Shown here piece by piece: positions 50,229-63,769 of a DNA stretch of 64,000 bases (position 1 is the stretch's first letter; every line of letters begins with the position of its first letter). Origin of the DNA: Antedon mediterranea. Its lineage: Eukaryota; Animalia; Echinodermata. The stretch is taken from assembly GCF_964355755.1 (NCBI RefSeq), contig NC_092677.1, positions 456,101 through 520,100 of the forward strand, in the 5' to 3' direction. The notes beneath the pieces are model-generated. The model had not been told where the DNA came from and did not search any database. It saw only the letters and a program-made list of their open reading frames with translations. A program made the translations under genes and the position numbers.

Positions 50229-51282
50229 TGCATTTAAAAGAGCTTTCTCGATCACCCGGGTTTAACGGCTCAACGAGTAAAACGTCACCGTGTAGCAGGC
50301 AGAGATTCAACAACAAAGGTAAGTGGTTCAATTCTCTCACTAATCATGTAATTAAGTTCTTCTTTCAGCAAAAACAAAACGCGAAACTCCCGAGTCGAAA
50401 ATAAACGCGAAAAAATACCACGCGAAAAAATAAACAAAACACAAAAAAATTTAAAACCCCAAAAATTAAAAAAAATTAAATTAAAGCAAAAAAAAATTGT
50501 CTTTTTTTTTGGAGTTATTTTTGCATTTTGAAGTCACATGAAGTCATGAAGTTTATGCATAAAAATAATCTCTCTATACAAGGATTTTATTTAACAAGGT
50601 ATTATTTCTGCAATTAATATGATTTGTCATTATAGTAACCAGTAGGCCCCTATAATTATTTGGATTTTAATAGATTTATAATATTTTAAAAATACAGTAT
50701 AGTACATTTATTTCGAAATATACCATATGAGTTTTTAGAAATTCAATTATTAAGCTATATATAATTATATGCGTATATTTTGCGTTATCATCGTCTTGTA
50801 GACGTATAGTAACCATTTATGTAAACAAATAAATGGATTGAATTTTTGCCATTTTTAACCAATTTGAGGTAACATGCGTAGATTATTTTGATCGTCAAAT
50901 TATGAGATTCTGCGCATGCCGATTTATATACAAGATACAAGATAACTTTATTATCAAATAGTTGATTAACGAAAGATTTGAAATTGGTTTTTCTCATGGC
51001 AACTTAATATAAAAATAGATAAAATCAGTAAAATGTAGTAAAATACACAGCACTGTAAAATATGTAGAGATAAGGATAAATGCTATCAAGTGTTCCCAGG
51101 TGTTATAAAATACAATTATTTGTGTTTGTCGTCATTATATTTAAATATATCGTGGTAACATGCGATGATCATATTATTTTATTGTGGTCTGCCCATGTCA
51201 ATTCAAGTTCGTCATTTTTTGAAAAATAATCAAAATATTCACTAAAATACTACTATTATTATTATGCCATAATATTTGGCTA

Positions 51283-54200
51283 CTATACGTCTATAAGATG
51301 ATTTAACGCAATATATGCACATATATAGCATATATAACATTTTAAAAAGTGCCTATTTTGGAAATATTTATTTTTTGACGTAAATGGTTACTATAGCATA
51401 ATAAACATGCGCAGAGTCGAATAATGCGTTCTGCGCATGTTAATTGTGCTATAGTAACCAGTTTTATCGAAAAACAAAAAGGTCGAAAATTGGCCATTTT
51501 TTTGAAAAAATCCCTTTACTTTAAGTACAGGGAAATTTTCGAAAAATTGCCGATTTTCGACCCTTTTATTTTTTTGTCATCAATGGTTACGATAGTATAA
51601 TAAACATGTGCAGAGTCCGAATAATGGGTTCTGTGCATGTCAATTGTCCTATAGTAATCACTTTTGACATAAATGGTTACTATAGCATAATAAACATGCG
51701 CAGAGTGGAATAATGGGTTCTGCGCATGTCAATTGTGCTATAGTAACCAGTTTTATCGAAAAATTAAAATGTCGAAAATTGGCCATTTTTTTTTTAAAAA
51801 TTCCTGTACTATAGTACAGGGAAATTTTCGAAGAATAGCAAATTTTCGACCCTTTTGTTTTTTGACATAAATGGTTACTATAGCATAATAAACATGCAGA
51901 GAGTCCAAAAATAGGTTCTGCGTATGTCAATTGTGCTATAGTAACCACTTTTGACATAAATGGTTACTATAGCATAATAAACATGCGCAGAGTGGAATAA
52001 TGGGTTCTGCGTATGTCAATTGTGCTATAGTAACCAGTTTTATCGAAAAATAAAAATGTCGGAAATTGGCCATTTTTTTGACAAAATCCATGTACTATAG
52101 TACAGGGAAATTTTAGAAAAATAGCAAATTTTCGACCCTTTTGTTTTTTGACATAAATGGTTACTATAGCATAATAAACATGCACAGAGTCGAAAAATGG
52201 GTTCTGCGCATGTCAATTGTGCTATAGTAACCACTTTTGACATACATGGTTACTATAGCATAATAAACATGCGCAGAGTGGAATAATGGGTTCTGCGCAT
52301 TTCAATTGTGCTATAGTAACCAGTTTTATCGAAAAATAAAATTGTCGAAAATTGGCCATTTTTTGAAAAATCTCTTTACTATAGTACAGGGAAATTTTAG
52401 AAAAATAGCAAATTTTCGACCCTTTTGTTTTTTGACATAAATGGTTACTATAGCATAATAAACATGCACAGAGTCGAAAAATGGGTTCTGCGCATGTCAA
52501 TTGTGCTATAGTAACCACTTTTGACATACATGGTTACTATAACATAATAAACATGCGCAGAGTGGAATAATGGGTTCTGCGCATGTCAATTGTGCTATAG
52601 TAACCAGTTTTATCGAAAAATTAAAATGTCGAAAATTGGCCATTTTTTTTGAAAAATCCCTGTACTATAGTACAGGGAAATTTTCGAAAAATAGCAAATT
52701 TTCGACCCTTTGTTTTTTGACATAAATGGTTACTATAGCATAATAAACATGCACAGAGTCGAAAAATGGGTTCTGCGCATGTCAATTGTGCTACAGAAAC
52801 CACTTTTGACATAAATGGTTACTATAGCATAATAAACATGCGCAGAGTGGAATAATGGGTTCTGCGCATGTCAATTGTGCTATAGTAACCAGTTTTATCG
52901 AAAAATTAAAATGTCGAAAATTGGCCATTTTTTTGAAAAATCTCTTTACTATAGTACAGGGAAATTTTAGAAAAATAGCAAATTTTCGACCCTTTTATTT
53001 TTTGACATAAATGGTTACTATAGCATAATAAACATGCACAGAGTCCAAAAACAGGTTCTGCGTATGTCAATTGTGCTATAGTAACCAGTTTTATCGAAAA
53101 ATTAAAATGTCGAAAATTGGCCATTTTTTTTGAAAAATCCCTGTACTATAGTACAGGAAAATTTTCGAAAAATATCCGATTTTCGACCCTTTTATTTTTT
53201 GACATAAACGGTTACTATATAGCATAATAAACATGCAGAGAGTCCAAAAATAGGTTCTGCGTATGTCAATTGTGCTATAGTAACCACTTTTGACATAATT
53301 GGTTACTATAGCATAATAAACATGCGCAGAGTGGAATAATGGGTTCTGCGCATTTCAATTGTGCTATAGTAACCACTTTTGACAGAAATGGTTACTATAG
53401 CATAATAAACATGCACAGAGTGGAATAATGGGTTCTGCGCATTTCAATTGTGCTATAGTAACCACTTTTGACATAAATGGTTACTATAGCATAATAAACA
53501 TGCGCAGAGTGGAATAATGGGTTCTGCGCATTTCAATTGTGCTATAGTAACCAGTTTTATCGAAAAATAAAATTGTCGAAAATTGGCCATTTTTTGAAAA
53601 ATCCCTGTACTATAGTACAGGGAAATTTTCGAAAAATAGCAAATTTTCGACCCTTTTGTTTTTTGACATAAATGGTTACTATAGCATAATAAACATGCAC
53701 AGAGTCGAAAAATGGGTTCTGCGCATGTCAATTGTGCTACAGTAACCACTTTTGACATAAATGGTTACTATAGCATAATAAACATGCGCAGAGTGGAATA
53801 ATGGGTTCTGCGCATGTCAATTGTGCTATAGTAACCAGTTTTATCGAAAAATAAAAATGTCGAAAATTGGCCATTTTTTGAAAAATCCCTTTACTATAGT
53901 ACAGGGAAATTTTCGAAAAATAGCAAATTTTCGACCCTTTTATTTTTTGACATAAATGGTTACTATAGCATAATAAACATGCACAGAGTCCAAAAATAGG
54001 TTCTGCGCATGTCAATTGTGCTATAGTAACCACTTTTGACATAAATGGTTACTATAGCATAATAAACATGCACAGAGTGGAATAATGGGTTATGCGCATG
54101 TCAATTGTGCTATAGTAACCAGTTTTATCGAAAAATTAAAATGTCGGAAATTGGCCATTTTTTTTGAAAAAATCCATGTACTATAGTACAGGGAAATTTT

Positions 54201-55200
54201 CGTAAAATATCCGATTTTCGACCCTTTTATTTTTTGACATAAATGGTTACTATAGCATAATAAACATGCAGAGAGTCCAAAAATAGGTTCTGCGTATGTC
54301 AATTGTGCTATAGTAACCACTTTTGACATATTAATGGTTACTATAGCATAATAAACATGCGCAGAGTGGAATAATGGGTTCTGCGCATGTCAATTGTGCT
54401 ATAGTAACCAGTTTTATCGAAAAATAAAATTGCCAAAAATTGGCCATTTTTTTGAAAAATACCTGTTCTATAGTACAGGGAAATTTTCGAAAAATAGCAA
54501 ATTTTCGACCCTTTTGTTTTTTGACATAAATGGTTACTATAGTATAATAAACATGCACAGAGTCGAAAATGGGTTCTGCGCATGTCAATTGTGCTATAGT
54601 AACCACTTTTGACATAAATGGTTACTATAGCATAATAAACATGCGCAGAGTGGAATAATGGGTTCTGCGCATGTCAATTGTACTATAGTAACCAGTTTTA
54701 TCGAGAAATAAAAATGTCGGAAATTGGCCATTTTTTTAAAAATCCCTTTACTATAGTACAGGGAAATTTTCGAAAAATAGCAAATTTTCGACCCTTTTGT
54801 TTTTTGACATAAATGGTTACTATAGCATAATAAACATGCACAGAGTCGAAAAATGGGTTCTGCGCATGTCAATTGTGCTATAGTAACCACTTTTGACATA
54901 AATGGTTACTATAGCATAATAAACATGCGCAGAGTGGAATAATGGGTTCTGCGCATGTCAATTGTGCTATAGTAACCACTTTTGGCATGGTTACTATAGC
55001 ATAATAAACATGCGCAGAGTCGAATAATGGGTTCTGCGCATGTCAATTGTGCTATGGTAGAAAATTGGCCATTTTTTTGAAAAAATCAAAATCAATACGT
55101 CTATAAGATGCTTATAACGCAATATATGCACATATATAGCAATATTATTGCATAATAACCGTCTTTTAAAAAGTGCGTAATTTGGCCATTTTTCGAAAAA
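51283..55200. repeat. Higher-order satellite (~285-bp unit: two ~89-bp hairpin monomers plus one ~107-bp palindromic spacer), bracketed by a direct repeat
   Basis: Monomer tggttactatagca..acatgcgcaga..tctgcgcatgt..tgctatagtaacca; spacer centred on ccctgtactatagtacaggg; flank atacgtctataagatg...aacgcaatatatgcacatatatagca at about 51285 and 55095. Confidence 0.93.
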
Positions 55201-55638
55201 ATCCCTCATGTTTAGTGATCCTAATTGTTAATAAGAGTCAATGTACTTCATTCATTTAATGTAATAATCTTGACCTTTGACCGATCGATGAGTATAATAT
55301 TTCTCTACTTTCTTATTATAACAAAGCTCAAGGGATAATGGAACTGGCCACGTATTGTTACTCTTCATGCATGCAGGCCTTTTCAAAGATAACCAATTAC
55401 AGCAAACCCACTTACCTATACAAAAAATAGGACTACTTTATAAATTTAAAATGCTAGGTTTATACAATTAACAATACTGATGGTTAGAAAAACTCTAAAA
55501 TTTTATAAAATATAAGTAAAATGATTCCATTGTTCCCATTTACCAGTAATTTATAACTAAATCATGGGTTTTGTTATGTTTATTTGTATTGTAATATCAT
55601 GTTTTTAATTGACGAAATGAAATGAAATAATTGATATC

Positions 55639-58432
55639 TCACCAGTCTAAGTCTTTCCGTTGTGTTGGTCGCATATACTTGAAAGCGTTTCCTAAGTAAC
55701 AGAAAACACTCTATTATTTATTTTTATATACATTGGAAAAATTGTATTTCAAAAGTAAATTTATCTCATCGAAATTTAAATTATTTTCAGTACTATAAAA
55801 TATTACAGACAATACAAATTGATCAGAAACAAACTACGTTTATTTTTCGTTTTAATGACGCTTCGCGTGATTACACAGATATTGAATTATTCTGCAGGGC
55901 TCTCCAAAAGACACAAACCGAATGTCTATATTAGTAACGAGCTAATCATTGGATAACAAGAGACCTCCCACGGACTATGCAGTGTACAACCGTCGCATTA
56001 AAGGTTTCAGCAGCGGCAGCAGCGAAAGTCGTAAACTTGCATAGGTCGTCTTAAGCCAATGTAAGCCGTCAAACGATGAACTTTCGGTTTTTACAAGTAA
56101 TGAAGCGTGAAAAGTCAAATTGTTACAAGAAAAAACAAATTTAGAATGGTAAAAAATGTATTGCAATTTTAATAATTACTAATAACAAATAGAAGTTAAA
56201 CAAAAAAGCAAATGACGCTGCGTGGTTGTGCGTGGCAATTGCGCGTACACAATGGGCTTATACAGATTCACAAAACTATTACATACCGTAAGCTCCTTGA
56301 CACACATCCTGCACAATCAAGGTTTATAACAAAAATTACTTACGTTTCTTCAAAATTATAAACCCAGCTATAAGTAAAGAAATTGCAATAACTGAAACTA
56401 CGATTCCAACAACCGCTCCACCACTCAAACCTACAAAGTAAATGAAGTTGAATCATTAATTTTTGTTGTTGTAAAAATTGGCACTTGGTTTACATCTTCA
56501 GGGACGTCATCGTGAAAATTCAATACAATGTTTGTCAAAACTATATTCACATGGTAAAGTATACAGCAAACACAAATACTATGCTGCACACCATACATGA
56601 GTTAGTGGTTTCTACAAACCCACGACATCCTCCTATTGTATTCATATTTAGGGGTAGCATTGGTAAGAACTCTTAGATACTTGTGTGTTTGTGTTTTTTT
56701 AAAAGCCATGGTTCCTACTTGGACGCCACGCAACAACGTAGGTACAACGCAAGTGAGTTAATCAAACGAAAGAATAATCCACCGTGACGTGATTGGTCAA
56801 TTATTACGTCTTTGCGCTGTGTCCAAGCCAAGAGTGACCCAAGTTTAAGTATGCATCTTAATCTCCACCACTGTTATATTCTTACCTTGTTTATGCTCTG
56901 TATCTGTCTTTTGTGCTAAAAATAACAAAATGACAAATAAAATGATTACTATAAGAAAAAGACGATGACAAATGACAAATACAATTATTACTATAAATAG
57001 AAATATATGATTCAATAATATAATTGACTTGAATGAACAGTATGAATTCCATAGTCCTATTGTATATGTGCGTATTACATACCTGACCCACAGACCAGTT
57101 GTGACGTAATCATAGATGAAACTTCGTTTGACGCTTCGCATGTCACGTGCTCGCATGAATCAATGTCCATTTTAACATATGATAACTCCACTTCTTCGTA
57201 CTTCGAACTGTTTGTGTATACAATTATTGTAGCGATTGGAAAAGCGTCTACCTGGCAGAGTAGCGTATTTCCAGTAACTGATAGATTTATAACAGGTGCG
57301 TCTATAATAAAAAGCATAACTTTTAACTTATAAGTCAAATATCTTAAAGCATTAAACATTGATTTTTAAAGGAAACAATGAAGGAAAGAAGAGTAAACAT
57401 AGAATCTAACATTCAAATGATTGCTGAGATCATCTACTATCCACAATAGATGTTTTCAGGAATGAAACTAATCGCCAGACCCGTAGATTACCATAATAAG
57501 TCGCAAGAAAAAGACAGAAATGTACATACGCTTTACTTGCAACAAGAGAGTTTCACTTAGCAACACGCTTGCGTTGTTTCCAGATCTACATCGAATTTCA
57601 CTTCCATGATCTTCTCTAGTTAATGTGTCAATCTTTAGAATAGTATCCTCCATTTTGTAATTACCGCCATCAATTGTCCTGTTATTAACTGACCACGTGA
57701 CAATAGAAATAGGTTGTGAATCTGTTACGCACGTAAGGATGACGCTATTTCCTGTTTGAAGTATTCCAGAAGGCTGCTGAGTAATGTTTGGTACACTATT
57801 CCCTTAAATAAAACAAATATTCTATAATGCACTTTTTGCGTGTCATACAGGCGCTCCATAGTTGTACTAAACATTTACATTTACAATACTTGTTTAAAAA
57901 ATATCTATTTTCTGTGAAGAATTATATTTTCTATTACAGTACTTACATATTATATTTAACCGTGTCGAAGCTTTTGATCCTCGTTTCGTCTTAATGACGA
58001 CTACTTCGCAAACATAAATTCCAGCATCAGATTCTGTGACATTAGCAATGCCTAAACTAGCATCTCCAAACGAATTTGCTGCCAAGAAATAGCCTTCAAT
58101 TTTAGATTCATTCCTCACAATTATGTTAGTTATATCTTGTTTAGATTTTACATAACTCCATGAAATGTCGATGTCGCCATTCACAGTTTCCGGATCATAA
58201 TGGCATTTTAAAATCGTTGGTTTTCCTTTTGTTGCGAGTTGATTTGAAGGTATCTCTACGGTTACATTACTGCAGAACACCAATACTGAAAAAATATAAA
58301 CAATTATTGTCTATAGATAAAAAAGAAAAACCGGACTTAGACGGCAGAAAATACATAGGTTACAGACTTACCATTGCACGAAGTAAAGATTATAACAATC
58401 AAACTTAATATACTTCTACAAACACCTTCCAT
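55639..58432 (-). CDS. IgSF receptor 7: signal, V, I, short 4-Cys domain, TM, short tail ending KDLDW*; exons 58432-58372, 58285-57947, 57802-57530, 57301-57083, 56915-56886, 56430-56344, 55691-55639
   Basis: MEGVCRSILSLIVIIFTSCN signal; DAGIYVC; WNSVPNITQQP..LTC..EIRC; SCEHVTC..LVC; TM GLSGGAVVGIVVSVIAISLLIAGFIIL-KKR; tail NAFKYMRPTQRKDLDW*. The terminal exon is less certain. Confidence 0.83.
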
Positions 58433-61400
58433 GCTTTGCAGATTCTGTTTACAGGTCCATATGGATTGGACCTAACAACAGGAAGTCTAACAAGTCCTTT
58501 CAACAACTGACAATTCAGTTAAAACACTTTCTAGTTTTTGGAGAAAATATTACGTTTATATAACTGTGTAAGTCTTTCACACTGCTACCTCATTGTTGAC
58601 ACCTTCAGTGACTAATACGTTAGAACCATTTTTGATTCATTGATAAGAAAATAGAAAAAAAAAAAGCCAAATAAAGACTGAAGAATCACAATAAATGTTT
58701 AAATAACAGGACAAAGAGTAGTTAATCATTGATAGTGTCATGATCAAAGGTTGCTTTTGATTCGAGTAGTATGACCTATAATAGTTTTTAAGAATATTTA
58801 TAATGTAGCCTAATTGATTTCCTACCACCACCTCTGTTGCTTGAATAAACACCTTTAAACAGAACCACACTTTGCGGTATTTTTTAAATATTTTTTTTCC
58901 AATAATGTTATGGATAATAATAATTTGGATAAATTTGAATAATCAATCAGTACTTGATCTGAATATTTCTTCTCTTTCAAACGAATGAGAATGAAATATA
59001 GTTGACTCAAGTTAAAAATCATTCAAAATAATCAACCGAAACTTGTATCAGGTAAGCCGAATTAAAAATTATAGTATGGAATAATAGAGTTGGTGATAAA
59101 AGTTCAAGATGGGATAATAAAATTGACCTAAATTCTACTCTGGAAGATTTAAAATTCTGGAAACAATCAAACATGTAAGCTAATAATTTAAATATCCATA
59201 ATACAAATATTTGCAATGCACACTTTTCTCCTCAAGAACCTTACTAATTCGACCACAAACAAATGTATTCATAAATTCTCTAGAGGGCGTGCTACGGTTC
59301 AGGATTAATTATTGCATGGGGAGCATTCCCTGATGACCTACCACCAGTGCTCTAAGTTTAAGCATGAACCTATTATAGGTCCATGGTTTAAGCATGAGTG
59401 AATGAGATAGATCCATGGTTTAAGAAATACATATGACAATGTTGTAAGAGTGTATTATTTAGGCCGTCATGGTGATTATCAAGTCATTGTTCTTAAACGG
59501 TAAAAAGTGCCTATAAATAGGCCTAACAAACAAGATACGCCTTCTTTTTCTGAGTACAAGATACAATGCAATAATGAAAGTTTGCTTTTACCATAAATTG
59601 ATCACGTGCGCAAATATTTTTAGTGTTCATGTGACCTGTTGGTGTAATAAATTAATAACTTAGCTTAATGTTTTATGACATTGGGATCAACAAGTTCAAC
59701 AACATTGCAAGCAATAACATCATTCTGTTTCCTTCTAGCCTATAGAAAAGTCAGTGCCATTGTGTTTGGATGAATTATAGTAAGTATAAATACTTTTGCA
59801 CATTTAAATAACAACAAGCGCTATATCTTTAATCCACTATGTTCACTCAGCTGGAACCAGCCTTAGTATCCATAATATGCGTACGCGTACGCAATGACTA
59901 TCGTATACGTACGCGCAACGCAAATGATTTGACCAATCACAAGCGGCAGTGGCAAACAATTGAAATTGAAGTCTCTCATATGTTAATTTCATTTGTGTAT
60001 TACTATGCCTTTTTAAATGGTATATTTTCAATCCGAAATCGTCTTAAACGAAACAATTTGGTGAATATTTTAATCTGGGAGTGTCTTTGTTTAAAATAAA
60101 CCCTAGCCTATAATGCCTAAACTATTGATTTAACCAAATCACGATTACCAGTGTGTGATTATCATCTGTCGAGTGTCTGAATAATCCCAGTTGATGTTCT
60201 TTTGTACCTCTTAACCTCGTAATTGAACCTTAACAATATTACAAAAAATATCACCAATAAAAGTCTACCGTTATGTTCAAATTCTAACGGTTTTTCAGTA
60301 CAATAGGCTTTTGAAAATCTGTTTGAGATGTGGATAATTGCATTCTTTAATTGTACGTTTGGTTAGTCTTTATACCTGCCTGTTCAACTGGAACGAAGAA
60401 TAACGGACTGTTCACTACCGGTACAATAGACTATACACTCCAGTTTTCAAAGCCTATTCACCCGGCGGACTTATTATAAGCAGCGGTAACAACATTTAGC
60501 AGTAAGAAATTTCAATTATTTTCCATTTTATTTCAGATTTTATCACTTTACTATAAGCACTAGAAACGAATAATAAAATATCTTGATATTTAATTAGTGT
60601 GATAGCAACAGCAGCGGAAGCAAACGGTGCGGTTTTCTCACCTGCGGCGGGATGGTAAGCTGCGACAATCAACACCGCGCCCTTTACAAAACCCGGCAGA
60701 TTTTGCTCATCTTCGGAGCAGAATTCATTGAGCTCCTGCATCCTCTTTTCACATCCAAACTTTAAGCGGATTCATGATGTTTTGATGATGTAGACTTTTA
60801 GTGAACTCAATACGTATTACGAAGTCATTTCCGTAATCTGATAATGATATGTTGAACAGTGTCATCGATACTATCGTATAATTAATGAAGTCTAACCTGT
60901 TGATCATATTTGTTATTCATAATAATCACAAACGTTTATTGTTCACTATAAATAATAAAAATTACAATAATACATTAAGTATGCAAAATTACACTAAGTA
61001 GGCTAGTACATTAGCGGAAGAAAACCTTGTATTTTACTGTTAAACCATAGAGAAATATTGGTATATGTGAATGGGAACATTTATCATCTCTAATTGACCT
61101 CAACATCCATCACAATATCTTTGTCATAATCATGTTAATAAGCAGCATGATTACACTCATATTTTTATCATGATTAATACGCGCACATCCTCAGTAATTC
61201 AGAGTACAGTACTTGTTGTTGCAACACCTTTACAGCAATATTCCTTTTGTACTTAAGTCTATTATTGGACGTATGTGTTAACCAGAGCGAGAGGTGCAAC
61301 AAAGAACACTAAACGATTCCAAAGAACAACATAATATAATAAATACTTAATAGTATGTGTGAATTCATTACGAAACCGTTATTCCGCTGAGCCGTCGAGT

Positions 61401-62670
61401 AGTTATCACGAATGGGCGTGGCAACTTAGACTATCGTTACTTAAGCATAATTATTAAGAAATGTATACCCGACGGTATTATACTATTAATAATATATTAA
61501 TAACATAGGTTGTATATCCATGTATATGCTGCTGCCGCATAGATTTTATCATATTTTATACAACATTATTTTATGATTTTTGTAAGGTGATTCATGCATT
61601 TGGTATCGTAGTGATGTCAACCCAGCATGATCTTAACTACAAGCCTGCATTTAGTGTGTGTCGTGTTTCCATCGCACACAGCAAGAGTCCACTGGCCTGG
61701 AGAAACCAGTGTAGGCCTACTTATGGATGCGATAACATTCATAAACTGGGTTTCTTCAAAATCCTAATATATTTCCGAATCGTCATACTGGTGGTGACTG
61801 TTTCATACCAATTACATCGATTATTACGCATCGCGTACGGTTTCTATAGCTGCGTCTGATTTGTGACGTCACTGCCGTACGCGCACCGGGTCGAAAAATT
61901 TCTAAATTACTTTACTATACCTTCTTTATGATTCGCCAATTAAGTGTATCACCGATTAATACAGTTTTGTACAAAGCGAAAATTAAAAATAGGCTTATTG
62001 ATTGTTCAATTTGGCACAATAATTGTGAATTTTTATTTTTTAAATAAAACATGATTGATGAATAATAAATAATAATAACTTTATTGAACATACGCCTTTA
62101 AATCGGCGGCACACGTTCTTCTGGACGGTGCGTTCTTACATACATTACATACATTAAGTTAGCCAGAAGGCTAAATAAAGTATAAAGAGAAAAAAAAGAA
62201 AAAACATTTAAATGAAAGGAAACGAATTGTATAAAAAGAAACTAAAGAGCAAAAAGTACAATACTTAACTTTGATGGAGTGTTATTATTTATTATTAGTA
62301 TTATTATCAATGTTATTAATATGTTAATTTTAAAGAAAATATTATTAGACTTATATTAAAAATGTCATTTAATTTAAATATTATATTGTTTATTATTATT
62401 TAATTATTTATGTTCTTGTTAATACTGTATATAATTTAATTATGTTATGAGTTATGATCTTTATTATAATAAACATGAACATAGTTTATATACTATTTTT
62501 TTTTTACCATACTCAGTGTTTGTGAGCCGGCCCTTCATGTGCTTGATGTATTGTGGGCTACTTACTGTGCATCTCCAATGAGTTCTGATAGAAGTTTAGA
62601 CTCAGTCTCTTTACCTATCCAATAACATTAATTTTTTTCATAAACAAATATTAATGTTTTATTCACAGAT

Positions 62671-63515
62671 ATGAAATTAAAAATCTTCCTATGCATGTTA
62701 ATAGTAGAAGGTAAGTTCAGTTCATCAATGGCGTATTCCTGTCTAGACTAAAATAGTTTATTTACAGAATGTAACATGTCTAAGAGCCATTATACAGTTT
62801 ATGCCTGTTATGACGTCATATCAAATTTTGATGAACCTAATCATGTTATCAGATTAATGTCAAACGATAAAGCAAAGAAAGAGATGATGAAAACATGCAT
62901 TATGTTTACTTAGTGATTCATTACAAAACATAGCTTAGACAATGTTTGAAGATTGGTTTTCAGTTGGTTTATTTTTAAGATTTTCGCGCCACATAATCAT
63001 TTTAAAACATGAATGATAACAACACAAGTATTAACTTAGCATAGGGTTAAATTGAAAGTTAGACATAGTGAACAAAATGAAAACATTGCACATAAAATAG
63101 AAAAGCCATTAAACTCTATCAGTAATTATAGTATATATAGGCCCAACGTATTATTATTATGTTTATAATATGGGCAAATAATGCATGCAAATGATATATC
63201 TTTGAGAGACACGCCCTTTGGCGATAGTTGTCTTTTGTCTCTCCTCCGTGATCCCTTTTTATGTATCACTAAAAGAAAAGGAATAAATAAATAAACTATA
63301 TAGACTAACTTGCGGAACGAAATTGTGCATTATCAAACTAATTCATAAAATACTTTTGTTGTAAGCTATTATATTTAGCGTGCGATGTCAGACAACACAA
63401 ATATCTGAAGAAGTAATGGTGGAAGTAACAACAAAAGAAGATGTACCAATGGTAGCAAATGTAACACCAAGTCAGTCACCAGCAAACAACACAACTACAG
63501 CAGCACCACCACAAG
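62671..63515 (+). CDS. 5' part of a secreted or membrane protein with a mucin-like Thr/Pro/Glu-rich segment; exons 62671-62710, 63366-63515, continuing beyond the window
   Basis: MKLKIFLCMLIVE|AIIFSVRCQTTQISEEVMVEVTTKEDVPMVANVTPSQSPANNTTTAAPPQ with phase-1 donors; requires an AAG acceptor at 63365. Confidence 0.65.
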
Positions 63516-63769
63516 GTAAAACAGTAACCGTTATCTGCAGGTTATCCTCTTAGTTTCCTTCTTGCTTCCTAAACTTCTCTCTTGATTTCAACCATTACAT
63601 CGAATATTCCTTATTATATATCCCCCTTTTCTTCTCTTCTCTATTTTACTCATTCCTAATTAATTCTTTTTCTTCTCTTTCTTACTCTCCTTTTATCTCA
63701 ACTATTGGGTCTACACAAGTAAATTATTTTCTTTTTTTCTTCTCATTTCCTTGCGTTTTCTTCTCCAAC

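Noticed and set aside
51658-55209. Many similar ~100-aa Cys-rich ORFs resembling a peptide gene array
   Set aside because: Translations of the satellite unit, with frames broken by homopolymer length changes and no splice or signal structure.
56287-56308. 22-nt microexon after the receptor 7 TM exon
   Set aside because: It would need a 35-nt intron and breaks the frame that gives the KDLDW* ending.
60380-60800. GC-richer segment with ORF 60496-60741
   Set aside because: No recognisable motif, splice pattern or termini; possibly a TE remnant but unsupported.
62768-62913. In-frame alternative second exon for the gene at 62671
   Set aside because: Short intron, no donor and no recognisable domain; the 63366 exon completes a better signal peptide.
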